A DNA stretch of 64,000 nucleotides, taken from contig CM075995.1 in NCBI GenBank assembly GCA_038087875.1, positions 5,706,001-5,770,000 of the forward strand, given 5' to 3'. The first letter of the stretch is position 1, and each line of letters begins with the position of its first letter. Shown here piece by piece: positions 35,993 through 49,468 of this stretch. This DNA is from Malacoraja senta. Taxonomy: Eukaryota. Position numbers and translations under genes: made by a program. Below the pieces are notes generated by a model. It searched no databases. It worked only from the letters and a program-made list of their open reading frames with translations, and had not been told where the DNA came from.

Positions 35993-38900
35993 GTGTGTGT
36001 AGGATAGTGTTAATGTGCGGGGATCGCTGGTCGGTGCGGACTCGGTGGGCTGAAGGGCCTGTTTCTGCGCTGTATCTCTAAACTAAACTAACAGTAAGCC
36101 ACAAAATGAACTGTGATGCATCTTTCCCTTACTATCGCAGCTAACTTTTATCAGAGAAGGCTCATTTTAAACAAGATAACAACATCAACCCCTAACATCT
36201 CCCTCCTCAAGAAATGATAGAAGCCAACTTGGGGCATGGATGGGGGGGGTGGTTAGGAACAACGTCAGAATCAAAATTAGATGGAGATTGGATGAAAGAT
36301 ATTGTACAAATGTTTACGATCCACTTTCTTTATTCCGATACAATCAAAACGCCGCATACATTGGACATTTTACTCCTTTATGGTTCCTAACCACTTGCAG
36401 AAAACAGTGGGACCAGAGCAAAAGGAGTTGGTGTCCGATCTCAAGGAACCAGGGAGCATAGCAAATCCTTTGAACAAAATGGTTTCTGAACCATTATGAG
36501 CTCAGCATATTCTGGCTGTGATCGCTGTAGAACTCGTGCTTGTTGTTTTATCCAGTTCACCCAGAGAGATCAATAAGTGTGCAATGTGATGTCTCTTTGT
36601 GGCAATAGATTCTTTATGAAAGGACGGCAATGCGGATAACCAGAAACAAGTAGCAGCAGCTGAAACCTCTGAGAATTATATCAGGTCCCAAAGGATGTAA
36701 TGACACACACAAGTTACTAAAACAGAATTATGAAATACAATTATGAAATACAAAGCAAGCTACTTTATCCCTCTGATACCTGGTTGGACCAAAACTATTC
36801 ACCATCTTCGCAATGCACCATTTTCTTTCATCTAAATAGCATTACAATTTTGGTGTGCACTTGGTGGTGCAGTGGTAGAGTCGCTGCCTTACAGGCCCCA
36901 GACACCCAGGTTTGATCTGGACTATGGTTGCTGTCTGTACGGAGTTTGTACGTTCTCTCCACGACCATGTGGACTTTCCCCGCATGCTCCAGTTTGCTCC
37001 CACTCCAGAGATGATTAGGTTTGTAGGTTAATTTGGCTTTGGTAAATTGTACATTGTTCCTAGTTGGAAGGATAGTATTAGTGTATGGGGATCGCTGGTC
37101 GGCGCGGACTCGGTGGGCCGAAGGGCCTGTTTCCAGCACTTTGTGTCTGGCATGTTTGGTATGAACCAGCATCTGCAGCTCTTTGTTTCTAGCTCGGGTA
37201 AACATGAAATGCACCCTCTCCAAAGTAATCTTCCATTATAGGAAAACTCAGATCAATGCAATCTCTAATGGAACTGAAAAGGAATTGGAAAACGACAATC
37301 TCAGTTTTTGGGATAACAAAGTACATCTGAGTCTTAAAGTCAAATTTTGTAAGTGGAGCGATTCTATTTTGCCATTTTTCCGATACAAAAAAAGACTTTT
37401 ATATCGACCAGTGCACAGGTTGGGAAATTATGAAAACATATAGCAGAGATGGCCATCATTCAGCCCACCAGGCCTGTGCCAGTTCTGTTTTCAATCCAAT
37501 GTTCTTTACACAGACTTACAATTTTCTTCCTTTCAACTATAAATCCATGTTCTTTACTAAATTTACACGTGAAATTGTTTTCTGCGACTTCATTCGAGGC
37601 CATGACTTGCTCTGTAAAAAAACAACTCCCCTATGGAGCTTTTGCCCATTGCCTTAAATACATTGCATCTACTTCCCGACATATCTGTTCATAATTTTAA
37701 ATGCCTCCTCATTCAGACTGGCTCTTGGTTCCTGTTCGATATATTCTTTGGTGGATTAACAGAACGATGAGCTCGGCAGGTGAATACATTCTCTTTAGAT
37801 GTCAGACCTGTACATTTCCTGTACTGAAAGTTAGAAAATAAAACACACCTATGGAACATATTTTAAACACATCCTAATGTTTTAACTGGTGAAAGCACTT
37901 TGATCAGACCCGTGCAAGGATACACCCAGAGAGATGTACTAGAACAGCCAAATGCAAATCGATATAAGCAGAGAAATAAACTGACTCTGCCAGTTCAGAA
38001 AATGTAGTCGTGCAATCCGATCACTAATGACAAGTGTACAAAATCATGAGAGGAATAGATTAGGTGGACGCACAGAGTCTCTTGCCAGAGTAGGGGAATC
38101 GAGAACCAGAGGACACAAGGTTAAAGTGAGGGGGGATATATTTAATAGGAACCTAAGAGGTAACTTTTTCACGCAAAGGGTGGTGGGTGTATGAAACGAG
38201 CTGCCAGAGGAGGTAGTTGAGGCAGGTATTATTGCAACGTTTAAGAATTATTTAGACAGGCACTTGGATAGGACATGTTTACAGTTTAGTTTGTTGTCAC
38301 GTGCACTGAGATGCAGTGAAAAGCTTTTGTTGCATGCTATCCAGTCAGCAGAATGGTCATAAGAATATAAGGAATAGTAGAATTAGGCCATTCGGCTCAT
38401 CTAGTCTACTCCGCCATTCAATCATGGCTAATCGATCTCTCCCTCCTAACACAATTCTTCTGCCTTCTCCCCATAACCTCCGACACCTGTACTAATTAAG
38501 AAAGACAATACATGATTGCAATCAAGCCATTTACAGTGTATAGATACATGATAAGGGAATAACGTTAGTGCAAGGTAAAGCCAGCAAAGTCCGATCAAGG
38601 ATAGTCCGAGGGTCAACAAAGAGGTAGATAGTAGGTCAGCCCTGCTCTCTGGATCAGAGGGATATGAGCCAAATGCAGGCAGATGGGACTAGTGTAGATG
38701 GGACATGTTAGCTGGCATGGGCAAGTTAGGCCGAAGGGCCTGTTTCCACACCATAAGACTCTATGACTAACGGATTAAAATATGTGTTCACATGCTCCAA
38801 GATTCCTCAAAATGGTGCAGAAATATAAGCAAAGGTTTCACCGCCCTGTTCTTTGAGTTGTTAGTGTGACAGTTCTGAGAAATTCTAATGGGATACCAAT

Positions 38901-41627
38901 GCATTTCTGGGCGGGGAATTCCAAAGGTTAAAGTCAAACCAGCTGAAGACTTGGCCACCAACAGCACAGCAATAAAAGCTTGGAATGTACCAATATTCAG
39001 TAATGGAGGCATGTAGAGTAATGAGCAGGGTTGGAAAGTTCATAAGTAATAGGAGCAGAATTAGGCCATTCAGCCCATCAGCTGGAGGATGTTACAGGGA
39101 CAGGGAGGTTTGAAGGAGAATTGAACATGATCTGCACTGTGGCGCAGCGGTAGAGTTGCTGCCTTACAGCGCAAGAGTCCCGGGTTCGCTCCTGCCTACA
39201 GGTGCTGCCTGTAAGGAGTTTGTACGTTCTCCCCGTGACCGCGTGGGTTTTCCCGGGGTGCCCCAGTTTCCTCCCACACTCCAAAGACGTACAGGTTTGT
39301 AAGTTAATCGGGTGCGTAGAAATTGTAAATTGTTCCTGATGTACGGGGATCGATGTTTGCCGCGGATTCGCTGAGCCGAAGGGCCTGTTTCCGCACTGTA
39401 TCTATCTTGATTAGTAAGGGTGTCGAGGGTTATGGGGAGAAGGCAGAGGAATGAGGTCGAGAGGGAAAGGTAGATCAGCCATGATTTTCCAGCATCTGCA
39501 GTTCCTTCTTGAACATCAGCCATGATTGAATGGATGAGTAGAATTGATGGGCCAATTGGCCTAATTCAGCCCCTGCCACTAATGAACGTATGAACTAAAA
39601 CTGAAAACTAAACTGAGTTTGATCAGGACCAGTAGAGCTTTAGAAAGGCTCAAGTTTGCACAAAGTGAACATGTTGCTGCAGGTACTGAGAGAAGTATAA
39701 GCAATTTAAGGCAAGGACACACACATCCAGCATTGTTAATATTTATCTAACCCCTCCCTGCACTGAAAAGCCAGTTAACCGTACAAGCAACGGTTTGATT
39801 TCTATTCTCTGAAAACATCTGTGTTGCCTTGCTGATTCAATTGGATTGCAATTCTGTTCTTGTTGATGCAAACAAGATATTCTTTCTTAACCATGTGGAC
39901 AGCTGTGAGCAAGATATGTAATTCAACCTCTGCATCACAACAGTGGGTTATTGTGTTGCGCTAAACACAAAGTGCTGGAGGAACTGAGCGGGTCAAGCAT
40001 CATCTGCGGAGGAAATGGACAGATGATGTTTCGGGTCAGGGGGACCCTTCTTCGGATCGATGTAGTGGGGGGAGATAGGTGGGTGTGTGACAAAGCAATT
40101 CATAGGTGGATAGACAGATGAGAGGGGCTTTGGCTGACATATGGGTGGAGTAAGTAACAAAGGCTAGGGTGGCGCAGAGGTATAGTCGCTGCCTTATAGC
40201 GTCGGAGACCCAGGTTCGATCCTGACTACAGGTGCTGTCCGTACGGAGTCTGTACATTCTCCTCGTGACCTGTGTGGGTTTTACTCCGGGTGCTCCGGTT
40301 TCCTCCCACACTCCAACGACGTACAGTTTTGCAGGTTAAATGGCTTGGTAAAATTGTAAATTGTCCCGAGTATGCGTAGGATAGTGCTACATGCGGGGAT
40401 CGCTGGTCAGCACGAACTCAGTGGGCCGAGGGGCCTGTTTCCGCACTGCATCTCTGAACTAAACTAAAATAAACGAGAGACAAAAAGGAGACAACGTGTG
40501 TCAGATAAAGAGAGGAGTGAAATGTAATTAGAGGGATGGATACAGGTGGACGAGGATAGGGGAGAGCAGAAGAGGAGGGATGAAGGGGAAATGAGGGACT
40601 TGGATGTGACATGAGTATATGAAGGAGGGGAAAGGAACAGGGTGACTGGGAGGGTGCAAGATGGGAGAAACAGGTACACATCAGGTGGAGGGGTCACCTA
40701 GGAAAGAGAGGGGTTTGGGGGGATTACATGAAATTGGAGAATTCAATGTAAGCTAACCAAGCATGATATGAGATGCTGTTCCTTGAGTTTGTCTCCTTGT
40801 GTTACAGTCCTATGTTTATATTTTACAGATTATGAACAGTAAGAATCGGGTTTAGCAGCTGGATAAAAGAGACCAGTGCCTTAGGCTCATTAGAACCCAA
40901 ATGGCACGTCACAAGTATTATCAATGGACACACACAGTAATCATCCTGGTGACTGATATGACGAATCTCTTGAATGAATGCCAAAATCCTCCCAAACATT
41001 CGGCTGTGCTTGCTTGCATCATGTTTAAAATTCACCACACTTCCATCTGAACAGAATTTACTCGGGGATTAAAGAGGATGTATTCTTCCTCCACACATCC
41101 CAATGGCATTCCAGATGCCGAAGGAGGGGGACATACAGACTGCGCTCTGAACCAATACACTCAATGGCGCTTTATTTGTCACAAGTGTAACAGTACAGTG
41201 AAATTCTTTTGGCATATTTACACGTGCAGGTGCCGCCGCGTTTAGGCACCATTTCCGCAAGTCCTGTCCGCCCACGCGCTCGGTCTACTGGAGCGGTTCC
41301 CGATCCAGGCAAGCCCCAGGCTCCTGCAAGGCCTCCCTCCATCGCCTTCGACCGGATCGGCACGCAAACCCATGTCCCTCTCATTGCTTGGCCATCTTTG
41401 TGTGAAGGGAGCACATCCTCCAGCCAACCTTGAAGGCGCTGGAGGCATTAGCCCAGTTCACCCTCCTGCTGGCCGGCCCTTGCTCCTCGTCTCCACAGTC
41501 TTTAGACCACAGGAGTTAAGAGTGGGGAGAAATGCGTTTTGACAGATTTCACAGCTGATCTTGGACCCATTACATTCGTCCAATGCTATTTAATTAAATA
41601 ATGCCTTCCTTTTTTTTTGTTTTATAG

Positions 41628-41764
41628 GCTCAAAGCATACAGGCTCATCTTTGAACTACAGAGGATTGCTTTCAATGCAGAACCGGAACCAAGCAACAGC
41701 GGCAGCATTGAGAGATGGAAATCCATGTACATACACCAGGGATTATAAAAAAGTGGGCTTCATT
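41628..41764 (+). pseudogene. ELMO1: Inverted, frameshifted copy of a downstream ELMO1 exon (AQRDIIFELRRIAF...KSMYTRDYKKLGFI exon)
   Basis: Reads AQS[+4 nt]LIFELQRIAFNAEPEPSNSGSIERWKSMY[+4 nt ATAC]TRDYKKVGFI. Keeps the polypyrimidine tract, TAG acceptor and GTAAAT donor; opposite strand to the gene. Confidence 0.85.
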
Positions 41765-42009
41765 GTAAATTCACTCATTCATTGGGAATATACTGCAAGA
41801 GAGCGCTATGTAAGGTTGTTTCAAGAGATAGACACAAGTACTGCAGATGCCTGTTTACAAAAAGAGATACAAAGTGCTGGAGTAACTCAGCGGTGTCAGG
41901 CACCCTCTCTGGAGAACATGGATAGGCAGCATGAGAACGATGTCGGGTCCTCGCCTCGATCCGAATGTAATAAACACACTTCAAGGACACTGAACAGCTT
42001 CAAATTACC

Positions 42010-43020
42010 AGAGAGCATTCTGAGGGATAGGTTATACAGGCATTTGGATGGGCAAGGGCTGATTAGGGATAGTCAGCATGGTCATGTCCGTGGGAGGCCG
42101 TATCTCACAAATCTGATTGATTTTTTGAAGACGTGACCAAAAAGGTCAATGAGGGCAGAGCTGTAGATGTTGTGTACATGGATTTCAGTAAGGTATTCAA
42201 CAAGGTTCCGCATGGTAGGCTGCTCTGGAAGATTAGAAAGCTTGAGATCCAAGGAGAGATAGCTAAATGGATAGCAAATTGGCTTCATGGTAGGAAGGTG
42301 GAAGGTTGCTTCTCGGACTGGAGGCCTGTGACTAGTGCTGTGCGTCAGAGTTTGGTGTTGGGCCTGGTACTGATCTACATCAATGATTTGGAAGAGAACA
42401 TACAGGGCAAAATTAGCAAGTTTGCTGATGATACTAAAGTGGGTAATTTTGCAGATAGAGAAGACGGTTGTGAACGATTGCAGCAGGATCTTGATCGATT
42501 GGCCAGGTGGGCTGAGGAATGGTTGATTGAATTTAATACAGAGAAATGTGAGGTGTTGCATTTTGGGAAGTCTAACAAGGGCAGGACCTACACACTGAAT
42601 GGTAGGCCTCTGGGGAGTGTTGTAGAGCAGAGGGATCTAGGAGTATAGGTGCATGGTTCCTTGAAGGTCGAGTCGCAGGTAGATAAGGTGGTCAAAAAGC
42701 CATTTGGCACAATTGGCCTTCATCAGTCAAGAGTATTGAGTATAGAAGTTGGGAGGTCATGTTGCAATTGTATAAAAGGTTGGTGAGACCACATGAGTAT
42801 TGTGTTCAATTCTGGGCACCATGTTATAGGAAAAATATTGTCAAGCTTGAAAGGGTTCAGAGAAGATTTAGAAGGATGTTTCGTCCTCATCTCCTTCCTT
42901 AAAGAACCTCCTTTAATTCTGAGGCAATGACCTCTAGTCCTAGACACTCCCACTGGTGGAAACACCCTCTCCACATCCACTCTATTCAAGCCTTTCACTA
43001 GTCTGCATGTTTCAATGAGG
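42010..43020 (+). mobile_element. CR1 RT fragment (42010-42878, +) abutting an inverted CR1 piece (42880-43020)
   Basis: DSQHG, VDVVYMDFSK, ISKFADDTK, FNTEKCEVLHFG motifs. Confidence 0.9.
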
Positions 43021-43245
43021 TAATGTAACCGTGTACAATGTTCCCGCACTATACCTCTGAAGTAAATCTCTGGACAACATGGATAGTTGAGGTTTTGGGC
43101 CGGGATCCTTAACAAAGGTCTGCTTAAAATTTGAAAAATCCCCCACAGCACCAAACAAAATGGGGTCAAGGAAAGACCGTTCACGTCGCGGCCCTGTTTC
43201 CACTAATCTTTCCCCGACCACGCACAAGAAGCACAAGAAGCGTTA

Positions 43246-43994
43246 TGGGCCTGTCCCACTTAGGCAATTCTTCAGCGGACTGTCAAGTTGCCAGCAGTCG
43301 CCAGAAAAAATGGTAACTGGAACGGCGATGGTCAGAGTGGAACACACTCACACAAACACATCGCAAAGGCGGGGGCCAGGGCAAGCGGGGGGAGCGCTGT
43401 CTGAAATTCACACGGTGCAAAGCCAAGGTGATACAGACACACACAGGAAGGTTGGCGCTGTAATTAAGATGGCTAGCACAGTGTACGGTAAGTCCTTTAA
43501 TAGAGGGGGGGAGAAGGCGGGAGAAGGAGTGGAGACAACTTTTAACAAGCAGACAATTTTTAATAAGCCGGAGATACATGGCTGTGAAGCTCGGCAGACA
43601 TTTAACATTACAGGTCGGTTATCCTTGGTTCTGAAAACTACTGCTTACGTTTTTTTCCCCCAATGAGCCAATGAAATTCACCGGTCAGCACCGGCTACAA
43701 CCTACGAGAACCTAAGAGAACCTTCGACTTCCTGGCAACCCACTAAGACCTCCTTACGAACCACCTACGGCTCGAGAATTCTCGCTACTCTCCATTGCGG
43801 CTTCATTCTAGTCGCCGCTACTTTTTCAACATGTTGAAAAATTCTCGCCAACCATAATGAGCCCGCGACTAGTTCCCAGAATGTGGGAACTCCTCACGAC
43901 CATGAAGGCGACTCCCTGGCAACCATCGCGAACATGTGGCGACTGCATAGTCTCCTGCAGTCGTCTAAAAAGTTGCCTCAGTGGGACAGGCCCA
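43246..43994. mobile_element. PIF/Harbinger-like non-autonomous element (~750 bp)
   Basis: TIRs TGGGCCTGTCCCACT / AGTGGGACAGGCCCA; flanks TTA/TAA. Confidence 0.8.
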
Positions 43995-46960
43995 TAAGAC
44001 AGACACCATTGCATGCAGATGCCGAGAAGTGTGTTCAGCTCTAGCTGTATAACTCCTAATCTTGTGTGTGGAATCGACAAGAAGAAGAAGACCAAACAAA
44101 ATCTACTGGGCATATCTTTATTGGCTTTGAGATGGTACACAACTCCACTGCAGATTTTATTTACCAGAATATTGGCCATACAGCCCTTTAAAGACTGGCC
44201 TATAGTGGATGGCTAATGCTGTACCACAACTCCATCTATCTGCCTGCCTTATCTGGGATGTGAAACACAATCCAGACAAACTAATATTATTAATTTAGCT
44301 GTGAAAATTACCTATCCTGGTACCACACCTTTGATGCAGAAATACAACACCCCCCCCCCCCCCCTGGACAGCACAGTGGTGCTACGGTAGAGTTGCTGCC
44401 CTACAGCTCCAGGGATGCGGGTTCAACCCTGACCACGGGTGTTGTCCGCACAAAGTTTCTACATTCTCCACGTGACCACGTTGATTTTTTTCCAGGAGCT
44501 CCGGTTTCCTCTCACACTCCAAAGACGCACAAGTTTGTAGGTTAGTTGGCTTTGGTAAAGATTGTAAATTGTCGCAAGTGTTTTGGATAGTGCTCATGTT
44601 CAGGGTGTTCGGCGTGGACTTGGTGGGCCAAAGGGCCTGTTTCCACATTATATCTCTAAAACTAATCCAAATGCATAAGTTAAAAAAAATCCTGCCTTAA
44701 TTTGTAAATGACTTCTTTCTAATTTCAAGATTCCATCTACTTGTTCTCTATTTATCCATCACTGGAATCAGTTTGGCGAATCTTTTTACTATTCTCAGGA
44801 TCTCAATTTGAATTTGAAATCGCTCCTATACCAATTTGAATACAACCCAAAGCATATTGTATTAATGCTTATGCCTCAAATGATCCTCCAAGTCCAATAT
44901 ACCCTTGTAAACTGGATAAAGAGGCAAGCACAAAAATAACAAACTCTTGGGGGAAACTCAGGCCAGGAAGAATCTGTGGACGAAAATGGGAAATAGTAGC
45001 CAACCTTTCAGATCCCGAACCAAATATCCATTTCCCTCCACAGATGCTACCTGGCTTATGGAGTCCCAGCAGCACCTTGTTTTTGTTCCATTTACAAACT
45101 TTAGTGACTCATCAAGCACATAAATAAGACATTTTGTCTGCTGAGATTGTCCAGCAGTGGTATAATGCATCAATATGATAAAGCAGTGCAATCATTAACC
45201 ATTTTTACATTAACCGGTAAGATTGTTTCCAACATTGATCACCCTTTACATAAAATGGTCCTAATTTGAATCCATCCTTCAGAGTTAAATTGGATCCTAG
45301 TCTTTCCAACATCTTTTAAATATTATTGATTTAGCTCATCTTTTCACCTTTTGATAACCAACTGAAACCAACCAACTCCGCCTTTGTCATAGTTTTAAAT
45401 TCAAGTGGAAAATGACCAATTTAACGGATGTTTGGAACCGATAAAACTTGTTCCCAATGTGACAGCACGACTCACAAGTCACAACATACTGTCCACAGCC
45501 ACTGGTCATTAACGATGCCCCATTCAATTGTAAGGTTCAATAATGAAGGCTGTGAGAGGAATCATGACTACATTGTCTTCAAAGCAAGGGCTCACTTGTA
45601 AAGAAGACAGTAAGACTAGTGGGAGAACTGGGAATGGGAAGGGGATGGAGAGAAAGAAAGGGCTATCTGAAGATATAACTGGGAAGGGGAAGGGGAAGGG
45701 GATACATTCTATCTTTGTCCTCCCACTAGTCTTAATGTCTCTGACTTCATTCTATCTTTGTCCTGCCCCCTCCCCTGACAGCCTGAAGAAGGGTCTCGAC
45801 CCAAAACATCACCCATTCCTTCTCTCCAGAGATGCTGCCTCACCCGCTGAGTTACTCAGCATTTTGTGTCTAATTTCGGGTTTGTAGGTTAATTGGCCTC
45901 TGTAAATTCCCACTAATGTGTGGGGAGTGGATAGGAAAGTGGGATAACATAAAACTAAGAATTTGTATGTTCTCCCCGTGACCTGCGTGGGTTTTCTACG
46001 GAAGATAAGACACAAAAAGCTGGAGTAACTCAGCGGGACAGGCAGCATCACTGGAGAGAAGGAATGGGTGATGTTTCGGGTCGAGACCCTTCTTCCTCCA
46101 GGAGCTCCGGTTTTCCTCCCACACTCCAAAGATGTACAGGTTTGTAGGTTAATTGGCTTGGTAAAATTGTAAATTGTCCACAGTGAGTGTAGGATAGTGT
46201 TAGTGTGGGAGAGATCGCTGCTCGGCACGGACTCGGTGGGCCGAAGCGCCTGTTTCGTGCTGTATCTCTAAACTAAACTAAACTAGTGTACCTACAGTCT
46301 TTTTCTCTTTTTGAAGTTTGCACAATTTCACTGCCGCTGATTTTCATGAACCAACATGTTCCCATGCATTGGTAGACACAAAATGCTGGAGTAACTCAGC
46401 GGGCCAGGTGGCATCTCTGGAGAGAAGGAATGGGTGATGTTTCGGGTCGAGAATCTTCTTCAGACTGAGAGTCTGTTCCCATGCAAATGTCTCCACAAAT
46501 GACAGTTCCAGTCACATTAACCTACCGTGGTTAATGCTTTTAACACAATTTGACAATGACTCACCAGGCATCTCAATGAAGCACTTTACAAGCTAATTCT
46601 TCAATATTCAAAGCATTTAATGCTTCATACCAAAGAACAGATTGGTATTGTAGTATAGACTTCATAAATGCAACAATATAAAACTGCAACCTCTGTGGGC
46701 GTAGCCTTTGTGAAGAGGTAGCTAGCTATTCCTTTCTGCACAATGATGGTAGTGTAAATTCAGTCATTTGTTAAAGGCATACGAAAGAATAAACCTTACA
46801 AATGATTTTAGAACTTGTGCAAAGTTAACCCCAAACATTAAGTGATAAATTCAATCTCATTTATTCCCAAGGAGAATTTAAATTCCATCATAAAGTTAAG
46901 ACACAAAATGCTGGAGTAACTCAGTGGGACAGGCCGCATCTCTGAATAGAAGGAATGGGC

Positions 46961-46988
46961 GACGTTTCGGGTGGAGACCCTTCTTCAG
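46961..46988 (-). ncRNA. Minimal type I hammerhead ribozyme core (Penelope-associated)
   Basis: CUGAAGA-A-GGGUCUCCACCC-GAAAC-GUC, with palindromic ACGU stem III. Confidence 0.6.
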
Positions 46989-47120
46989 ACTGAGAGTCAG
47001 GGGAGAGGGAGACACAGAGATATGGAAGCGTAAGTTATGAAAAAAATACATCAAAGGGGATGAGATCGAGGAAAATGTAGAATAGATCATTGTTAGCTAT
47101 GGAAAGGTGACTACGGAGCA

Positions 47121-47913
47121 TCTATCTATATAACTAAAAGTCTCATCTTGACCACTTCCTGCCTGCACTGTATATTTATTTTAGAAAAAACGCTACCATA
47201 TATCGCTATGATTTTTGGCCATCTTACTCACAGTCCTCCTCCGCTGAGGCAGCCCCGAGGATTTTTCCGATCGATGAAAAATAAAAAAAGTTATGAGTAT
47301 TTAGAAAATCTTGAGATCAGCTGATTGGTCCTCCCGCCTGTCACCACGATGAAGGTAACGCCCCTACCGGGGGGGGGGGCAGGACTATAAGACCCCAGAT
47401 GCCTGGACGCGAGTCAGTCACTCTGGAAGATCGCGAGGGAGAGTCCACAACTGTGATTCTAAGCTGTGAATCAACTGAACTGTGAGTCTGCAATGTACTT
47501 GGAATAAATAATGTGTTAGCCTTTAATGACAATGCAATGAGTTGTTTGGCAAATTGGTGGCCTGCACTGCTTGAAATGCTATGAAATTGAATTTGGTGGC
47601 CTGCACTCTGCTTGAAATGCTATGAAATTGAATTTGGTGGCCTGCACTCTGCTTGAAATGGAATTTCAAGGAATAGCCATGAGTGGACTGCAAGCCCACC
47701 AGCCCCGAGTAACTGATCTGCCAGCCCACCAGCCCTGAGTGACTGAGCTGCCAGCCCACCAGCTCTGAGTGACTGAGCTGCCAGCCCACCAGCCCTGAGC
47801 TGCCAGCCCACCAGCCCTGAGTGACTGAGCTGTCAGCCCGCCAGGCCTGAGTGACTGAGCTGCCAGCCTACCAGGCCTGAGTGACTGAGCTGCCAGCCCT
47901 CCAGGCCTGAGTG
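47121..47913 (+). mobile_element. Helitron of the same family, 5' part; 3' end interrupted before the assembly gap
   Basis: A|TCTATCTATATAACTAAAAGTCTCATCTTGACCACTTCCTG start, homologous to 21404 and 22517; internal 41-bp and 30-bp tandem arrays. Confidence 0.8.
47690..47913 (+). repeat. 30-bp tandem repeat inside the Helitron
   Basis: GAGTGACTGAGCTGCCAGCCCACCAGCCCT, about 7 copies; degenerate copies also at ~23025-23100. Confidence 0.9.
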
Positions 47914-48315
47914 ACAGCAGCAGCGCAGCGTTGGCTATATCACGGGGCAGGCGATGCCTTACCGGGGATCGCCGTTTGGAGCTCTGGAGTGTTGGGCCTG
48001 CTGCACCGACATCGCGGAGCTGTGGTTCACGGAGCTCCCAATGCGGGCGGCGCTGACCAACATCGCGGAGTCCTGCGACTCTGCCCGGCTCGGCCTGTGG
48101 ACTTCGGGAGCCGCGGACTCCGGTGGGAGATGGCTGATTTGGAGGTCCGGGCCGCTGAGGATGTTCTCCGTCGGGGTTCGGCGTTGGGGTTCCATCGTTC
48201 CCAGCGAGAGGGCCTGAGCATCGGGCCGCCCGTGGCGGCGACTGCGGGTGCTCGGGAGGCCCCGACCATGGGTGAACATCTGGGAAGATCGGCGGGGAGG
48301 CTGGTTGGATTATGG

Positions 48316-48515
48316 NNNNNNNNNNNNNNNNNNNNNNNNNNNNNNNNNNNNNNNNNNNNNNNNNNNNNNNNNNNNNNNNNNNNNNNNNNNNNNNNNNNNN
48401 NNNNNNNNNNNNNNNNNNNNNNNNNNNNNNNNNNNNNNNNNNNNNNNNNNNNNNNNNNNNNNNNNNNNNNNNNNNNNNNNNNNNNNNNNNNNNNNNNNNN
48501 NNNNNNNNNNNNNNN
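48316..48515. other. Assembly gap (200 N)
   Basis: Run of N. Confidence 1.
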
Positions 48516-49136
48516 TTTTAATTCCCAATGTTATTATTTGTTTTAATCCATAAAGATGGATTAACTAAATTGTAAACACATGAAACATTAAAAACCGCAG
48601 TGTTCGATTGTCACTGCTGCCGTTGACACGTTATTACAGAATTCATTTTAACGGCAAAGCAATGCTCTTAATATGGAGTATCAGTACTGTAGTTATTTAA
48701 TGAGCAACATTCACAACCATACGTACGCATATATGTTACCATGGTCCAGGATTTATTGACACAGGTTGATCATACGATGAATAATCCAACCACATTTTTG
48801 TTTGGAAGTGGGAAGAACTAATAGAAATTGCATTAATTGCAATGTGTAAAAAGAGTTGAGATACTGTCTTATAATTTTGCTGCATGTCATTGTGGGATAT
48901 ATCATGTCTTGATTGGTGAATATGTTTAGTTTGTGACTTTATTTGAAGCAGAAATAATATATGAATGCTTCATTGAGTATAATTCCGACTGGTAACTACG
49001 CACTTCGTCCGAGCACATTATCGCACGCGTCATGCAAGCCATCTTAAATGACCACCTACACTGTCATTTGGCAACCTAAAAAGCTGCCAAGATTGCCCGG
49101 CTGGCAACAGGGAAAATAAGTTAAGCGAGAGCCCTG
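48516..49136. mobile_element. Probable hAT-type non-autonomous element; other end lost in the gap
   Basis: Ends GCGAGAGCCCTG, the reverse complement of a CAGGGCTCTC hAT-type terminus, with subterminal GGCAAC motifs. Confidence 0.5.
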
Positions 49137-49468
49137 AAACATCAAAGTCCAATAAAGTTTGATTAAAGATAGTTCAAAGGTTAGTTTGATTTGATGAAGA
49201 CTGACCAGGCTGCTCCATGAATCACTTTACAAGCTAATTTCTTGTACTGTGGTCTGAAAGGCCGGTTCCTGTACTGTATTGTGGTCCTGAACACCTATTC
49301 CTGCTCTGCACTGTTCTATGTTCTATTCCTTTTATCTTTATATTTAAGTTTTTTAAAAACTTAACTTGTGGGCGGCACAGTGGCGTAGCGCTACCGCACT
49401 AGAGGCCCGGGTTCGATCCCGACTATGGGTGCTGTCTGTACGGGTGCTGTTTGTACTTTCTCCCCGTG

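Noticed and set aside
41651..42136. 161-aa ORF as a real gene
   Set aside because: Chance read-through of the frameshifted ELMO1 pseudo-exon, a Penelope end and a CR1 fragment.
43160..43666. 168-aa ORF
   Set aside because: Lies mostly within the Harbinger-like non-autonomous element and shows no transposase or Myb motifs.
47911..48553. Long GC-rich ORFs / CpG-island-like stretch
   Set aside because: The ORFs are extended by Ns. The sequence looks like the GC-rich part of an interspersed repeat inserted in the Helitron and shows no recognisable protein.
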